DNA from: Minisyncoccia bacterium
GTDB lineage: Bacteria > Patescibacteriota > Minisyncoccia > Phycocordibacterales > UBA9973
Length of the DNA stretch: 64,000 nucleotides
Direction: 5' to 3'
NCBI GenBank assembly: GCA_038244685.1
Contig: JBBRTD010000003.1
Span: forward strand, 3,944 to 67,943
Part shown: in pieces, positions 20,081 to 30,058 of the stretch
How positions within the stretch are numbered: the first letter of the stretch is position 1
Layout of the letters: every line of letters begins with the position of its first letter
Program-made: the position numbers and the translations under genes
Notes under the pieces: model-generated
The model's database searches: none
Told to the model about the DNA's origin: nothing
What the model saw: the letters and a program-made list of their open reading frames with translations, nothing else

Positions 20081-21523
20081 ATGGAAAATCAAACACAAAA
20101 AGTAGTTACACGTTTTGCTCCTTCACCAACTGGATTTTTGCATATTGGTGGTATTCGTACTGCCTTATACGCTTGGGCTTATGCTCGTAAAAATAATGGG
20201 ACATTTATATTAAGAATAGAAGATACAGACAAAGCTCGTGAAGTAGAAGGTTCTATTGAGCACATCATGAAATCTCTAAAGTGGATTGGCATCGATTGGA
20301 ATGAAGGTCCTGATATTGGTGGCCCAAATGCTCCATATAAACAATCAGAAAGATTAGAGTCATATATAAAATATGCTAAAATTTTAGTAGAAAAAGGCTT
20401 GGCTTATACTGATCCATATACAGAAGAAGAAGTCGAAAATTTTCGTAAAAAAGCCGACGAAGAAAAAAGACCATTTTTATATCGAGACCATAGACCAGAA
20501 AATCCTCCAGTCTGGAATGGCACACAACCTCTTCGATTTAAAGTTAAAGATATTAAAAGTTATGAATGGGATGATCTTGTCCGAGGGCACTTAAAAGCAG
20601 GAGCTGAAGCTTTGGATGACTTTATTCTAATTAAAGGAGATGGATATCCTACCTATAATTTTGCTCATATAATTGATGACTTAGAAATGGGGGTCACTCA
20701 TGTAATGAGAGGTGATGAATTTATCTCTTCGACTCCCAAATTTTTATCTGTATACGACGCTCTTGAAATTAAGAGACCTCAGTATGTAACATTACCTCCA
20801 ATAATGGGTCCAGATGGAAAGAAAAAACTAGGCAAAAGAGATGGAGCCAAAGACTTTCTTGAATATAAAAATGAAGGTTATTTGCCAGAAGCTATGCTTA
20901 ACTTTTTGGCTTTTATTGGATGGAGTCCAGAAGGCGAAGAGGAAATTTTAAATCCAGAAGAATTTATAGCCTTGTTTGATATCAAAAAAATTCATATAAG
21001 TGGTGGTAAATTTAACGAGGAAAAGCTTGATTGGATCAACAAAGAGCATATTAAAAAATTATCTATTGTAAGTTTACAAAAATATGTATTTGAATGGTTA
21101 CCTAATGAATTAAAAATTGAGAAAATTGTTCCTATAATTATGGAGCGTATTTCGAAGTTCGGAGATATTAAAGGAATGGTAGAAAGTGGAGAACTCGATT
21201 TTTTCTACAAAGAACCTATTTGTCAAAAAGAAAAAATAATATATAAAAATACAGATTCAAAAATTATTATTGAAAATTTAAATAAAGCATTAAATATTTT
21301 TGAAAATATTGATGAAAAAGATTTTTTAAAAGATAATATTAAAAATTTATTAATGGAAGTTGCTGATAAGCTAGATAGTAGAGGTGAAATTCTTCATCCC
21401 ATTAGATTTGCTCTTTCAGGTCTAGAAAAATCACCGGATCCTTTTATTCTCTCTGATATATTAGGAAAAAAAGAAACAATATTGCGTATAAATAAAGCAA
21501 TTTCAATATTAAGCTTATCGTAG
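20081..21523 (+). CDS. gltX: Glutamate--tRNA ligase
   Basis: RFAPSPTGFLHIGG, LRIEDTD, THVMRGDE, KKLGKR. Confidence 0.97.
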   Translation: MENQTQKVVTRFAPSPTGFLHIGGIRTALYAWAYARKNNGTFILRIEDTDKAREVEGSIEHIMKSLKWIGIDWNEGPDIGGPNAPYKQSERLESYIKYAKILVEKGLAYTDPYTEEEVENFRKKADEEKRPFLYRDHRPENPPVWNGTQPLRFKVKDIKSYEWDDLVRGHLKAGAEALDDFILIKGDGYPTYNFAHIIDDLEMGVTHVMRGDEFISSTPKFLSVYDALEIKRPQYVTLPPIMGPDGKKKLGKRDGAKDFLEYKNEGYLPEAMLNFLAFIGWSPEGEEEILNPEEFIALFDIKKIHISGGKFNEEKLDWINKEHIKKLSIVSLQKYVFEWLPNELKIEKIVPIIMERISKFGDIKGMVESGELDFFYKEPICQKEKIIYKNTDSKIIIENLNKALNIFENIDEKDFLKDNIKNLLMEVADKLDSRGEILHPIRFALSGLEKSPDPFILSDILGKKETILRINKAISILSLS

Positions 21524-21539
21524 TATAATAGGGTTAGAA

Positions 21540-22814
21540 ATGAAGAAAATTATTTTAAGTTCTATTTTTGTTATATTTGTTATTCTTGCTTTTTCAAAGT
21601 TTTCATCTGCACAGACTGTAGATGAACTAAAAGGGCAAATAAGTAACGCCAACAGTCAAATAGAACAAATAAATAAAGAAATTAAGGCTTTATCTAATCA
21701 AATAGCAGTAACTGGAGAACAAAAAAATACCTTAGCAAATGCTATTAAGGATTTAACCCTTAGAAGAAACAAGCTAACTAAAGAAAGAGAACAAACTGAA
21801 AAGAAAATTACCACAACTGGTTTAGTTATACAGACTTTGAATAGTGAAATAGATACAAGAAATAGTATTTTAAATAGATCAAAAAATTCACTTTCAGAAC
21901 TGTTAAAAGATCTCCATCAACAAGATCAGCAAACTTTTCTACAAAAATTGTTACTAAATAATAATTTAAGTGATTTGAGTCGTGATTACAATGATATTAT
22001 AGGTTTAAATACTGAAATTAAAAATAATATTAATAATGTATACACCCAGAAAGAAAACTTAACTGTTTCAAAAGTAAAAAAAGAAGATGAAAAAAATGCA
22101 TTAACAACTCTTAAAAAAGATTTAACAGCCAAAGAAATAGAGATAGAAGCAAATAAAAAAGAAAAAGATACACTTTTAGTTGAAACAAAAAATAAAGAAT
22201 CAAACTACAAAATGCTTCTACTGGAGCAGCAAAAAAGGAAAGATGCATTTGAAAAAACTATAGAGGATTACGAATCTCAAATTAAATTTATTTTGAATCC
22301 TAAAATTATACCGAAAGAAGGATCTTCTGTATTATCATGGCCACTTGATTCTATATTAATCACTTCGCCATATGGCTCAAGATGGGGTAAATTTCACTAC
22401 GGGCTTGATTTCAGAGCCTCTATTGGGACTTCAGTTAAGGCAATGGCAAGTGGTGTCGTAGAAGGAACAGGAGACACAGATGTAGCTTGTAAAGGTGCTT
22501 CTTTCGGGAAGTGGGTATTCATCAGATACAACAATGGACTATCAAGTACTTATGGTCATTTATCCTCTATTTCTGCTACCGTTGGACAAAAGGTAAGTGC
22601 AGGAGATATTGTAGCTCAATCTGGAAATACAGGTTCATCAACTGGTCCACATTTGCATTTAGCAGTATATGCATCAGATGGAGTGAAAGTTGATACTGTT
22701 CCAAGTAAGGCTTGTAATGGTAAGATTTTTACACAACCTATTTCAGCCCTAAGTGCATATTTAAATCCTGGATTATATTTACCTAAAATTCTTGCAACTA
22801 TGATAAAAAAATAA
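21540..22814 (+). CDS. Secreted coiled-coil M23 peptidoglycan endopeptidase
   Basis: Signal peptide, about 230-aa coiled coil, intact HYGLD (HxxxD) and STGPHLHL (HxH) motifs. Confidence 0.88.
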   Translation: MKKIILSSIFVIFVILAFSKFSSAQTVDELKGQISNANSQIEQINKEIKALSNQIAVTGEQKNTLANAIKDLTLRRNKLTKEREQTEKKITTTGLVIQTLNSEIDTRNSILNRSKNSLSELLKDLHQQDQQTFLQKLLLNNNLSDLSRDYNDIIGLNTEIKNNINNVYTQKENLTVSKVKKEDEKNALTTLKKDLTAKEIEIEANKKEKDTLLVETKNKESNYKMLLLEQQKRKDAFEKTIEDYESQIKFILNPKIIPKEGSSVLSWPLDSILITSPYGSRWGKFHYGLDFRASIGTSVKAMASGVVEGTGDTDVACKGASFGKWVFIRYNNGLSSTYGHLSSISATVGQKVSAGDIVAQSGNTGSSTGPHLHLAVYASDGVKVDTVPSKACNGKIFTQPISALSAYLNPGLYLPKILATMIKK

Positions 22815-22887
22815 TAATGGATGTTAAGACTCTTGATTCCACTCATATAAAAAAAATAAGCAATTTTCATTGCTTATTTTTTATTTG

Positions 22888-22969
22888 TGCCCGAGGTGGG
22901 AATCGAACCCACATCCCTTACGAGACACGATTTTAAGTCGTGCGCGTATACCAGTTCCGCCACTCGGGC
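22888..22969 (-). tRNA. tRNA-Leu (anticodon TAA)
   Basis: Cloverleaf GCCCGAG/CTCGGGC-A, anticodon arm CACGA-CTTAAAA-TCGTG, long variable arm, GTTCGATTC T-loop. CCA not encoded. Confidence 0.95.
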
Positions 22970-23126
22970 AAATATCATTTCAACCTAAAACACATTCATA
23001 TAATTACATAATTTTCAAAATTTTACAACTTTTGTTATATCGATTAATGTGAAGCAAAGGTATTCGGACATTGGGCAAAAATGTAAATATTTGCTCGTGC
23101 TCCTCATTTATTGCTATAATAGCCTA

Positions 23127-24542
23127 ATGTCAAAACAATACTATACAACTATCGGGCTTGAAATCCATGCCGAATTAAAAACCAACTCTAAAATGTTCTG
23201 TGGTTGTATTAATAATCCAGACGAAGAAAGACCAAATGTAAACATATGTCCAATTTGTATGGCTCATCCTGGAACTCTACCTGTTATAAACAAAAAAGCA
23301 GTTGAAGATGTAATATTAGTAGGGTTAGCCTTGGGTTCAAAAATTGCAGATTTTACAGAATTTGATCGTAAGAATTACTTCTATCCAGATATCCCAAAAG
23401 CATATCAGATCTCTCAATATAAATTTCCTATAGTTTCTGGTGGAAAATTAAATGGAGTAGATATAACTCGTGTCCATCTAGAAGAGGACACAGCCACTTC
23501 TAAGCATGATAGAGGTAATTACTCCCTCGTAGATTTTAATCGTGCAGGAGTTCCTTTAATGGAGCTTGTGACAGAACCTGTAATACATTCAGCTCATGAT
23601 GCAGGTGAATTTGGTAAGGGATTGCAAATGTTACTTCGTTATCTTGGTGTCTCTGAGGCAAATATGGAAAAGGGCCAAATGCGAGTTGAATTAAATATAT
23701 CAATTTCAGAAGATAAAAATGTATTAGGCACAAAAGTTGAAGTCAAAAATATAAATTCATTTAAGGCAGTAGAGCGCGCGGCCTTATTCGAAGAAAAAAG
23801 AATGGCAAAATTACTAGACGAAGGAAAAGGGGATGAAATCGTACAAGAAACTCGTGGTTGGGATGAAAATAAGCAATCAACTTTTTCACAAAGATCAAAA
23901 GAGAATGCAAACGACTATCGTTACTTTCCTGATCCTGATTTACCAAAATTATTTTTAAATAAAATTTTTAACATTGAAAAATTAAGAAGTGAGTTACCTG
24001 AACTTCCAGAAGCAAAAAGATTAAGATATCAAAACGATTATGGCATTAAAGATGAGGATATTGAGAGTTATATTATTGACCAAGAATTGGGAAATTGGTT
24101 TGAAAAAGTATCGAAAGTATTAAAGGATAAAGATAAGGTAAAAACTGCTTCAAACTATATCACTTCAGATTATTTGGGCCTTAAGAAAATAAATGAAGGG
24201 GTTAAGCTTCCGGATTACAATAACTTTGCTGAATTAATTGAAATGACCATAGGTGGAAAAATTTCTTCTCGTGGGGCAAAAGATATTTTAGCTATTATTT
24301 CCATAAATAATGAGTCTCCAATGAAGATTGCAGAAGATAAAGGATTAATACAAAATCACGACGAAGGAGCATTGAAGGAAATCGTTCAAAAAATTATTGA
24401 TGCTAATCCTGCAGTAGTTTCAACATACAAGGGAGGTAAAGAGAACGCCATAATGTCTCTAGTTGGCCAAGTTATGAAAGAAAGTAAGGGAAGTGCAAAT
24501 CCAAGTCTTGTTCAAAAAATATTAAAAGAATTATTAGCTTAA
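23127..24542 (+). CDS. gatB: Asp/Glu-tRNA amidotransferase subunit B
   Basis: IGLEIHAEL, DRKNYFYPD, HLEED, DFNRAGVPLMELVTEP, YRYFPDPDL. Confidence 0.97.
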   Translation: MSKQYYTTIGLEIHAELKTNSKMFCGCINNPDEERPNVNICPICMAHPGTLPVINKKAVEDVILVGLALGSKIADFTEFDRKNYFYPDIPKAYQISQYKFPIVSGGKLNGVDITRVHLEEDTATSKHDRGNYSLVDFNRAGVPLMELVTEPVIHSAHDAGEFGKGLQMLLRYLGVSEANMEKGQMRVELNISISEDKNVLGTKVEVKNINSFKAVERAALFEEKRMAKLLDEGKGDEIVQETRGWDENKQSTFSQRSKENANDYRYFPDPDLPKLFLNKIFNIEKLRSELPELPEAKRLRYQNDYGIKDEDIESYIIDQELGNWFEKVSKVLKDKDKVKTASNYITSDYLGLKKINEGVKLPDYNNFAELIEMTIGGKISSRGAKDILAIISINNESPMKIAEDKGLIQNHDEGALKEIVQKIIDANPAVVSTYKGGKENAIMSLVGQVMKESKGSANPSLVQKILKELLA

Positions 24543-24559
24543 TGTTATAATAAAAGTAT

Positions 24560-25594
24560 ATGGATAATACAAAAAAAATTCGTGTTGCTATTAATGGTTT
24601 TGGTAGAATAGGTCGTGCATTTTTAAAAATTGCTTGGCAGAGAGAAGATATTGAGATTGTAGCTATTAATGACCTTGGTTCAATTCAAAGTCTTTCGTAT
24701 TTGCTTCGTCACGATACAGTTTATAGAAATTGGGATCATAAAATTGAAGCGGAAGGTACAGATCTTAGTATAGATGGAAAAATAATTAAATATATTTCGG
24801 AGAAAGATACAACAAAACTTCCTTGGAAAGATTTGAGTATAGATGTAGTAGTAGAATCAACAGGACTCTTTACTTCATTTGATAAAGCAAAATTTCATAT
24901 TGATTGCGGAGCCAAGAAGGTTGTCATAAGTGCACCGTCAAAAGGTGCTGATAGTACAGTTGCCGGAGAGACAATTCTTCTCGGTATAAATGAAGAGAAA
25001 TTTGGAACATGTGATATTACTTCTAATGCTTCATGTACGACCAATGCAGCCAGCCCTCTTATTGCAATAATGCATGAATCAATTGGTATAGAGAAAGCAA
25101 TTCTTAATACTGTACATGGATATACAGCAACTCAAGCTCTTGTTGATGGCCCAAGTAAGAAAGACTTACGTGAAGGCCGTGCAGCTGCTCAGAACATCAT
25201 ACCTTCTTCTACTGGTGCTGCTATCGCTGTGACAGAAGCCTTTCCAGCGCTTAAGGGGCTATTTGATGGTATATCCATCCGTGTGCCAGTTCCAGCAGGC
25301 TCAATTGTTGATATTACTTTTATTGCAAAACGAGATACAACAAAAGAGGAAGTAAATGAAATAATGAAAAAGGCTGCTCTTGATCCAAGATGGCATAAAC
25401 TATTTTCAGTAACAGAAGATAATTTAGTTTCATCTGATATCCTTGGAGAAAGTCATCCTTGTATTGCTGACCTTGAAATGACTCGAGTTGTCGGAGGAAA
25501 TTTGGTTAAAGTTATGGGTTGGTATGATAATGAAATGGGGTATACTTACACACTCGTAGATCATGTAGTTAAAACAGGAAATACAATTAAATAA
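24560..25594 (+). CDS. gap: Type I glyceraldehyde-3-phosphate dehydrogenase
   Basis: INGFGRIGR, NASCTTN, WYDNE. Confidence 0.96.
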   Translation: MDNTKKIRVAINGFGRIGRAFLKIAWQREDIEIVAINDLGSIQSLSYLLRHDTVYRNWDHKIEAEGTDLSIDGKIIKYISEKDTTKLPWKDLSIDVVVESTGLFTSFDKAKFHIDCGAKKVVISAPSKGADSTVAGETILLGINEEKFGTCDITSNASCTTNAASPLIAIMHESIGIEKAILNTVHGYTATQALVDGPSKKDLREGRAAAQNIIPSSTGAAIAVTEAFPALKGLFDGISIRVPVPAGSIVDITFIAKRDTTKEEVNEIMKKAALDPRWHKLFSVTEDNLVSSDILGESHPCIADLEMTRVVGGNLVKVMGWYDNEMGYTYTLVDHVVKTGNTIK

Positions 25595-25601
25595 ATTAAA
25601 T

Positions 25602-25632
25602 AAAAAAACCTCACGAAATGTGAGGTTTTTTT
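25602..25632. terminator. Bidirectional terminator between gap and dapF
   Basis: aaaaaaacctcac-gaaat-gtgaggttttttt. Confidence 0.8.
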
Positions 25633-25634
25633 AT

Positions 25635-26420
25635 TTAATTTATTTCTCCTTTAAAAGAAAAAGTCGCAGGACCTCGAAGAATAATTTGTCCTTCAGGGTT
25701 ATCTCTCAAGAATAGTTTTCCCCCAGGAAATTCTAGAGTAATTTCATTCTTGAAATTTTTATTCTTATTTAAGATAGAATAAACAGCACAAGCTCCTGTT
25801 CCGCAAGCCAAAGTTATTCCGCAACCTCGCTCCCAAACTTTCACTTTAAAATAATTGTCAGATATTTTTTCAACAAATTCAACATTAATTTTATTTGGAA
25901 ATAGTGTAGCCGTTTCAACTTTTGGTCCGATATTTTTTAAATCTATATCGTTTAAATTTTCAATTATAGCTACTGCATGAGGATTACCCATAGAAACACA
26001 ATTAAAATCAAATCCTTCTAAATTAATTGTCTTATTTGGAAAATCATCACTTATAAATATTGGCGCACCCATATTTACAGAGTAAGTATAATCATCATTA
26101 ACTTTAATATTTTTTATTCCTGCTCTAGTGTCTATTGATAATTCTTTAAGTTTAGAATTTGTTTGTTCTATGAAGAATTTAGCTGTGCACCTGGCACCAT
26201 TACCACACATTTGGGCTATGGTTCCATCAGAATTATAATAATTCATAAAGCAATCAGCTCTTACAGAAGATTCAAGAAGTATTACTCCGTCGGCACCAAT
26301 ACCAGAATGTCGATTACAAATAGATTCAATATAAGTAGGAATGAGTTTCATATCTCCTTTTAAATTATTTATCATTATGAAATCATTACCAGCACCTTCA
26401 TATTTATAGAAATTAATCAT
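25635..26420 (-). CDS. dapF: Diaminopimelate epimerase
   Basis: GAGNDF, MCGNGARC, MGNPH, ERGCGITLACGTGA. Confidence 0.95.
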   Translation of the reverse strand: MINFYKYEGAGNDFIMINNLKGDMKLIPTYIESICNRHSGIGADGVILLESSVRADCFMNYYNSDGTIAQMCGNGARCTAKFFIEQTNSKLKELSIDTRAGIKNIKVNDDYTYSVNMGAPIFISDDFPNKTINLEGFDFNCVSMGNPHAVAIIENLNDIDLKNIGPKVETATLFPNKINVEFVEKISDNYFKVKVWERGCGITLACGTGACAVYSILNKNKNFKNEITLEFPGGKLFLRDNPEGQIILRGPATFSFKGEIN

Positions 26421-26510
26421 ATTTCATATTATAACTTAAATATCATTATTTATAAATTAGTAGACTTTAGACGCCTGTTATAAATTTTGTTTTATTGTTA
26501 TAATATGAAT

Positions 26511-26957
26511 ATGAAAATTTATATTGGTTCTGATCATGCAGGCTATGAATTAAAAGAAAAGCTTAAAATTTTTATTGAATCGTTAAATCTTGAAGTTATA
26601 GATAAGGGTGCTTTTTCTTTGGATGTAAACGATGATTATCCTGATTTTATCATTCCAGTGGCAGAAGAAGTTGCAAGAGATCATGAATCAAAGGGAATTG
26701 TTCTAGGTGGAAGTGGAGAAGGCGAACAAATAGCTGCAAATAAAATAGATGGCATAAGAGCTCTTGAATATTATGGTGGTAATTTAAATATTGTAAAACT
26801 AGCAAGACAACACAATGATGCAAACATACTCTCACTTGGCGCAAGATTTGTAGATGAGATTGAAGCTAAAGAAGCTGTAAAAATGTTTTTTGATACACCT
26901 TTTTCTGGTGACGAAAGACACATTAGAAGAATTAATAAAATAGAAGAAACGAATTAA
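26511..26957 (+). CDS. rpiB: Ribose-5-phosphate isomerase B
   Basis: GSDHAG, DYPD, GGSGEGEQIAANK, RQHNDAN, RHIRRI. Confidence 0.93.
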   Translation: MKIYIGSDHAGYELKEKLKIFIESLNLEVIDKGAFSLDVNDDYPDFIIPVAEEVARDHESKGIVLGGSGEGEQIAANKIDGIRALEYYGGNLNIVKLARQHNDANILSLGARFVDEIEAKEAVKMFFDTPFSGDERHIRRINKIEETN

Positions 26958-26960
26958 ATT

Positions 26961-27647
26961 ATGACTGAAGTTATACCAGCAGTACTCGCTAAAGATATAA
27001 ATGATTTACGACAAAAGATTGCAAATGTTGTAAATATTTCTCATATAGTTCAAATTGATATGTGTGACGGAAAATTTGTCCAGTCAGTTTCTTGGCCAAT
27101 GGGCAGGGGAGATATGGAGAGCACTGCTTCTATCTTAGGAGAAGAAGAGGGAATGCCGTATTGGGAGCATTTAGATTTCGAATTTGATTTAATGGTTAAA
27201 GATGCAATTAAACAATTCGACTTTTTCGTTAGGCTTGGAGCCAAGAGAATAATATTCCATCTAGAAGCTGAAGACCAAAAGGAACTTAAGGGATTTATTG
27301 ATTCTATTGATCCATACACGAGAGAAAATTTAGAGATTGGAATTGCTATAAATACAACAACTGAAATAGAGAAACTTTTTCCATTCATAAATTCTATAGA
27401 TTTTGTTCAATGTATGGGTATAGAACATTTAGGATTTCAGGGTGAACCTTTCGATGAAAAAGTTCTTGATCAAATTAGAGGTTTAAAAAAAGAATACAGC
27501 GATTTAATAATTAGTGTAGATGGCTGTGTAAATGAAGACACAGCTCCAATATTAGTTCAAGCTGGAGCAAATAGACTTGTAGTTGGTAGTGCTTTAATGA
27601 GAAGTTTTGATGTTTTAGAAACCATTAAAGAATTAGAAAATCTATAA
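26961..27647 (+). CDS. rpe: Ribulose-phosphate 3-epimerase
   Basis: IPAVL, QIDMCDGKFV, GFQG, VDGCV, LVVGSA. Located in the pentose phosphate cluster. Confidence 0.88.
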   Translation: MTEVIPAVLAKDINDLRQKIANVVNISHIVQIDMCDGKFVQSVSWPMGRGDMESTASILGEEEGMPYWEHLDFEFDLMVKDAIKQFDFFVRLGAKRIIFHLEAEDQKELKGFIDSIDPYTRENLEIGIAINTTTEIEKLFPFINSIDFVQCMGIEHLGFQGEPFDEKVLDQIRGLKKEYSDLIISVDGCVNEDTAPILVQAGANRLVVGSALMRSFDVLETIKELENL

Positions 27648-27653
27648 TGTAAT

Positions 27654-28505
27654 ATGGAAACAATAAATGATATTAAAATTAAAGAACTGCAAATTAAAGC
27701 AAATGATATTCGTAAAAGTATTATAACAATGCTATTTGAAGCGGGGTCCGGGCACACAGCAGGAGCTCTTGGCATGACAGATATATTTACATATTTATAT
27801 TTTAACGCACTAAAACATAGACCAGATAATCCAACTTGGCCTGATCGAGATAGACTTGTTCTCTCAAATGGACACATCTGTCCTGTTTTGTATGCAACGA
27901 TGGCCCACGCAGGCTACTTTCACTTAGATGAACTCAAAACTTTGCGTAAATTTGGGTCACATCTTCAGGGACATCCACATCGTGAATTTCTTCCAATGGT
28001 TGAGACATCCTCAGGACCTCTCGGTGAAGGAATTTCTCAGTCTGTCGGTATGGCTATTGCTTCTAAAATGGACAATGGAATTGATAAAAAAATATACTGT
28101 ATTGTTGGTGATGGGGAATTAAATGAAGGCCAAAACTGGGAAGCTATTATGCTTGCTGCAAAAGAAAATCTTGATAATTTGATAGTAATTGTTGATCGTA
28201 ATTTTATACAAATAGATGGTAGTACTGAAACTGTTATGCCATTAAATAATCTCGCTTTGAAATGGGAATCTTTTAATTGGCACACTGAAGTAATAGATGG
28301 TCATAACTTTAGAGAAATAAATAATGCAATCTTTCATGCACACAACACTAAAGGAAAACCATCAGTTATAATTGCAAATACAATTCCAGGTAAGGGAGTA
28401 AAAAAGTTTGAAAATGATTATCATTGGCATGGCAAAACACCTAACCAAGAAGAAGCATTAATGGCAATTGATGAATTGAATGTATTAGGAGAAAAATTAA
28501 AATAA
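27654..28505 (+). CDS. Transketolase, N-terminal (ThDP-binding) subunit
   Basis: SGH, DRLVLSNGH, LQGHP, GDGELNEGQNWEA. Confidence 0.93.
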   Translation: METINDIKIKELQIKANDIRKSIITMLFEAGSGHTAGALGMTDIFTYLYFNALKHRPDNPTWPDRDRLVLSNGHICPVLYATMAHAGYFHLDELKTLRKFGSHLQGHPHREFLPMVETSSGPLGEGISQSVGMAIASKMDNGIDKKIYCIVGDGELNEGQNWEAIMLAAKENLDNLIVIVDRNFIQIDGSTETVMPLNNLALKWESFNWHTEVIDGHNFREINNAIFHAHNTKGKPSVIIANTIPGKGVKKFENDYHWHGKTPNQEEALMAIDELNVLGEKLK

Positions 28506-28506
28506 T

Positions 28507-29496
28507 ATGTTAAATCAAAATTTAAAACTTAATACAAAAATTTTTAACTTAGATGTCGAAAAGAAATCTACGCGTCAAGGTTTTGGAGAAGGATTACTTC
28601 AAGCTGGAATCGAAAACGATAAAATTGTTGGACTTTGTGCTGACCTTGTAGAATCGACAAAAATGAATATTTTTGCAGAAAAATTTCCAAACAGATATAT
28701 AGAAATTGGTATTGCTGAACAAAACATGGCAAGTGTTGCTTCGGGCATGGCTTCAATGGGAAAGATTCCTTTTATAGCTTCGTATGCAGTTTTTAATCCA
28801 GGAAGAAACTGGGAACAAATCCGTACAACTATTTGCTATAACAATCAACCAGTAAAAATAGTCAGTTCACATTCGGGTCTTTCTATTGGTCCTGATGGTG
28901 GAAGTCATCAATCATTAGAAGATATAGCCATAACTCGTGTACTACCTAATATGGTTGTAATAAGTCCATGCGATATTTTTGAAGCCAGAAAAGCTACTAT
29001 AGCATGTGCAAAAACATTAGAACCAACCTATTTAAGATGCGCAAGAAATGATACACCTATAATTACAACAATCGAAACTCCTTTCGAAATTGGCAAAGCT
29101 CAGATTGTATTTGAACCAGAATCAGGAATTGCTCAAGTGGGAATAATAGCGACAGGTCCAATATTATATAATGCAATTATGGCTGCTAAGAAAATCGAAG
29201 CGGAGGGGATAAAAGTAAAAGTCATGAATCTTTCTACTATTAAACCCTTAGACAACAATGCTATTATAGCACTAGCAAAAGAAACTAAAAATATAATAAC
29301 GGTGGAAGATCATCAAGTAGCAGGTGGAATGGGAAGTGCCGTATCTGAATGTTTAAGCGAAAATTACCCAACCCATATAGAATTTATAGGTATAAAGAAT
29401 CAATTTGGTCAATCAGGGACTCCTAATGAGCTCGCTAAATATTACAAAATAGACATAGATAGTATTGTGGATGCAATCAGAAAAAATTTAATATAA
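28507..29496 (+). CDS. Transketolase, C-terminal subunit
   Basis: GIAEQNM, GPDGGSHQ, TVEDHQVAGGMG. Confidence 0.93.
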   Translation: MLNQNLKLNTKIFNLDVEKKSTRQGFGEGLLQAGIENDKIVGLCADLVESTKMNIFAEKFPNRYIEIGIAEQNMASVASGMASMGKIPFIASYAVFNPGRNWEQIRTTICYNNQPVKIVSSHSGLSIGPDGGSHQSLEDIAITRVLPNMVVISPCDIFEARKATIACAKTLEPTYLRCARNDTPIITTIETPFEIGKAQIVFEPESGIAQVGIIATGPILYNAIMAAKKIEAEGIKVKVMNLSTIKPLDNNAIIALAKETKNIITVEDHQVAGGMGSAVSECLSENYPTHIEFIGIKNQFGQSGTPNELAKYYKIDIDSIVDAIRKNLI

Positions 29497-29499
29497 AAA

Positions 29500-29533
29500 A
29501 AAAATAAACTGGCTAATTAGCCAGTTTATTTTT
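29500..29533. terminator. Bidirectional terminator
   Basis: aaaaataaactggct-aatt-agccagtttattttt. Confidence 0.75.
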
Positions 29534-30054
29534 TAGTTTGAATTAATTAAATTTTTAATTTCATCTTCTCTTTTTTTAATACCTTCTTCTATTAATTTTT
29601 GAGTATCACTATCTAGTGGTCTATCAGAATCTTCAATATAACTCTTTTTCTGCTCTATTTCTTCTTTTAATCTTTTAATTGCGGAAATTGTGCTTTCGTC
29701 TTTATTTAAGTATGGATACATTTTTACAGCATCCTCTAGTTCGCGAACCTCTTGTAATTCATTCTCATTATCGAACTCTTTTACTCCTTCTTTAATTAAA
29801 GTATTTTTATTATTTTTTGCTTTCTCTAAATCATCTTGTAGCTTCATTGATTTACGGAAGGCAATCCTATCATTTACAGAATTAATATCCTGAGAATCCT
29901 GATCAAGTTTAACGTTGCTCTCGGCTTCTTCGATTACTCTATCTAATTCATTTATTTTAGCAATTTGACTATCAGGATAATTATCTGAATCAAAATAAGC
30001 CTGTACCTCTACTGGATTTGTATCATTTATTTTATTTTTTTTAAATGATTCCAT
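29533..30054 (-). CDS. Hypothetical acidic coiled-coil protein
   Basis: 173-aa E/K/D-rich ORF starting 4 nt after the pfkB-like stop. Confidence 0.65.
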   Translation of the reverse strand: MESFKKNKINDTNPVEVQAYFDSDNYPDSQIAKINELDRVIEEAESNVKLDQDSQDINSVNDRIAFRKSMKLQDDLEKAKNNKNTLIKEGVKEFDNENELQEVRELEDAVKMYPYLNKDESTISAIKRLKEEIEQKKSYIEDSDRPLDSDTQKLIEEGIKKREDEIKNLINSN

Positions 30055-30058
30055 TATA

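Noticed and set aside
22888-22969. tRNA-anchored integrated element
   Set aside because: No integrase and no duplicated tRNA 3' end were seen near either tRNA; the flanks are ordinary genes.
22870-23052. 60-aa ORF (and 49495-49848 on the minus strand)
   Set aside because: Shadow ORFs overlapping tRNA-Leu and tRNA-Ile/atpZ on the opposite strand.
26511-26957. Inactive RpiB (no catalytic Cys)
   Set aside because: GGSGxGE matches the known Glu-base RpiB subtype, as in the mycobacterial enzyme.
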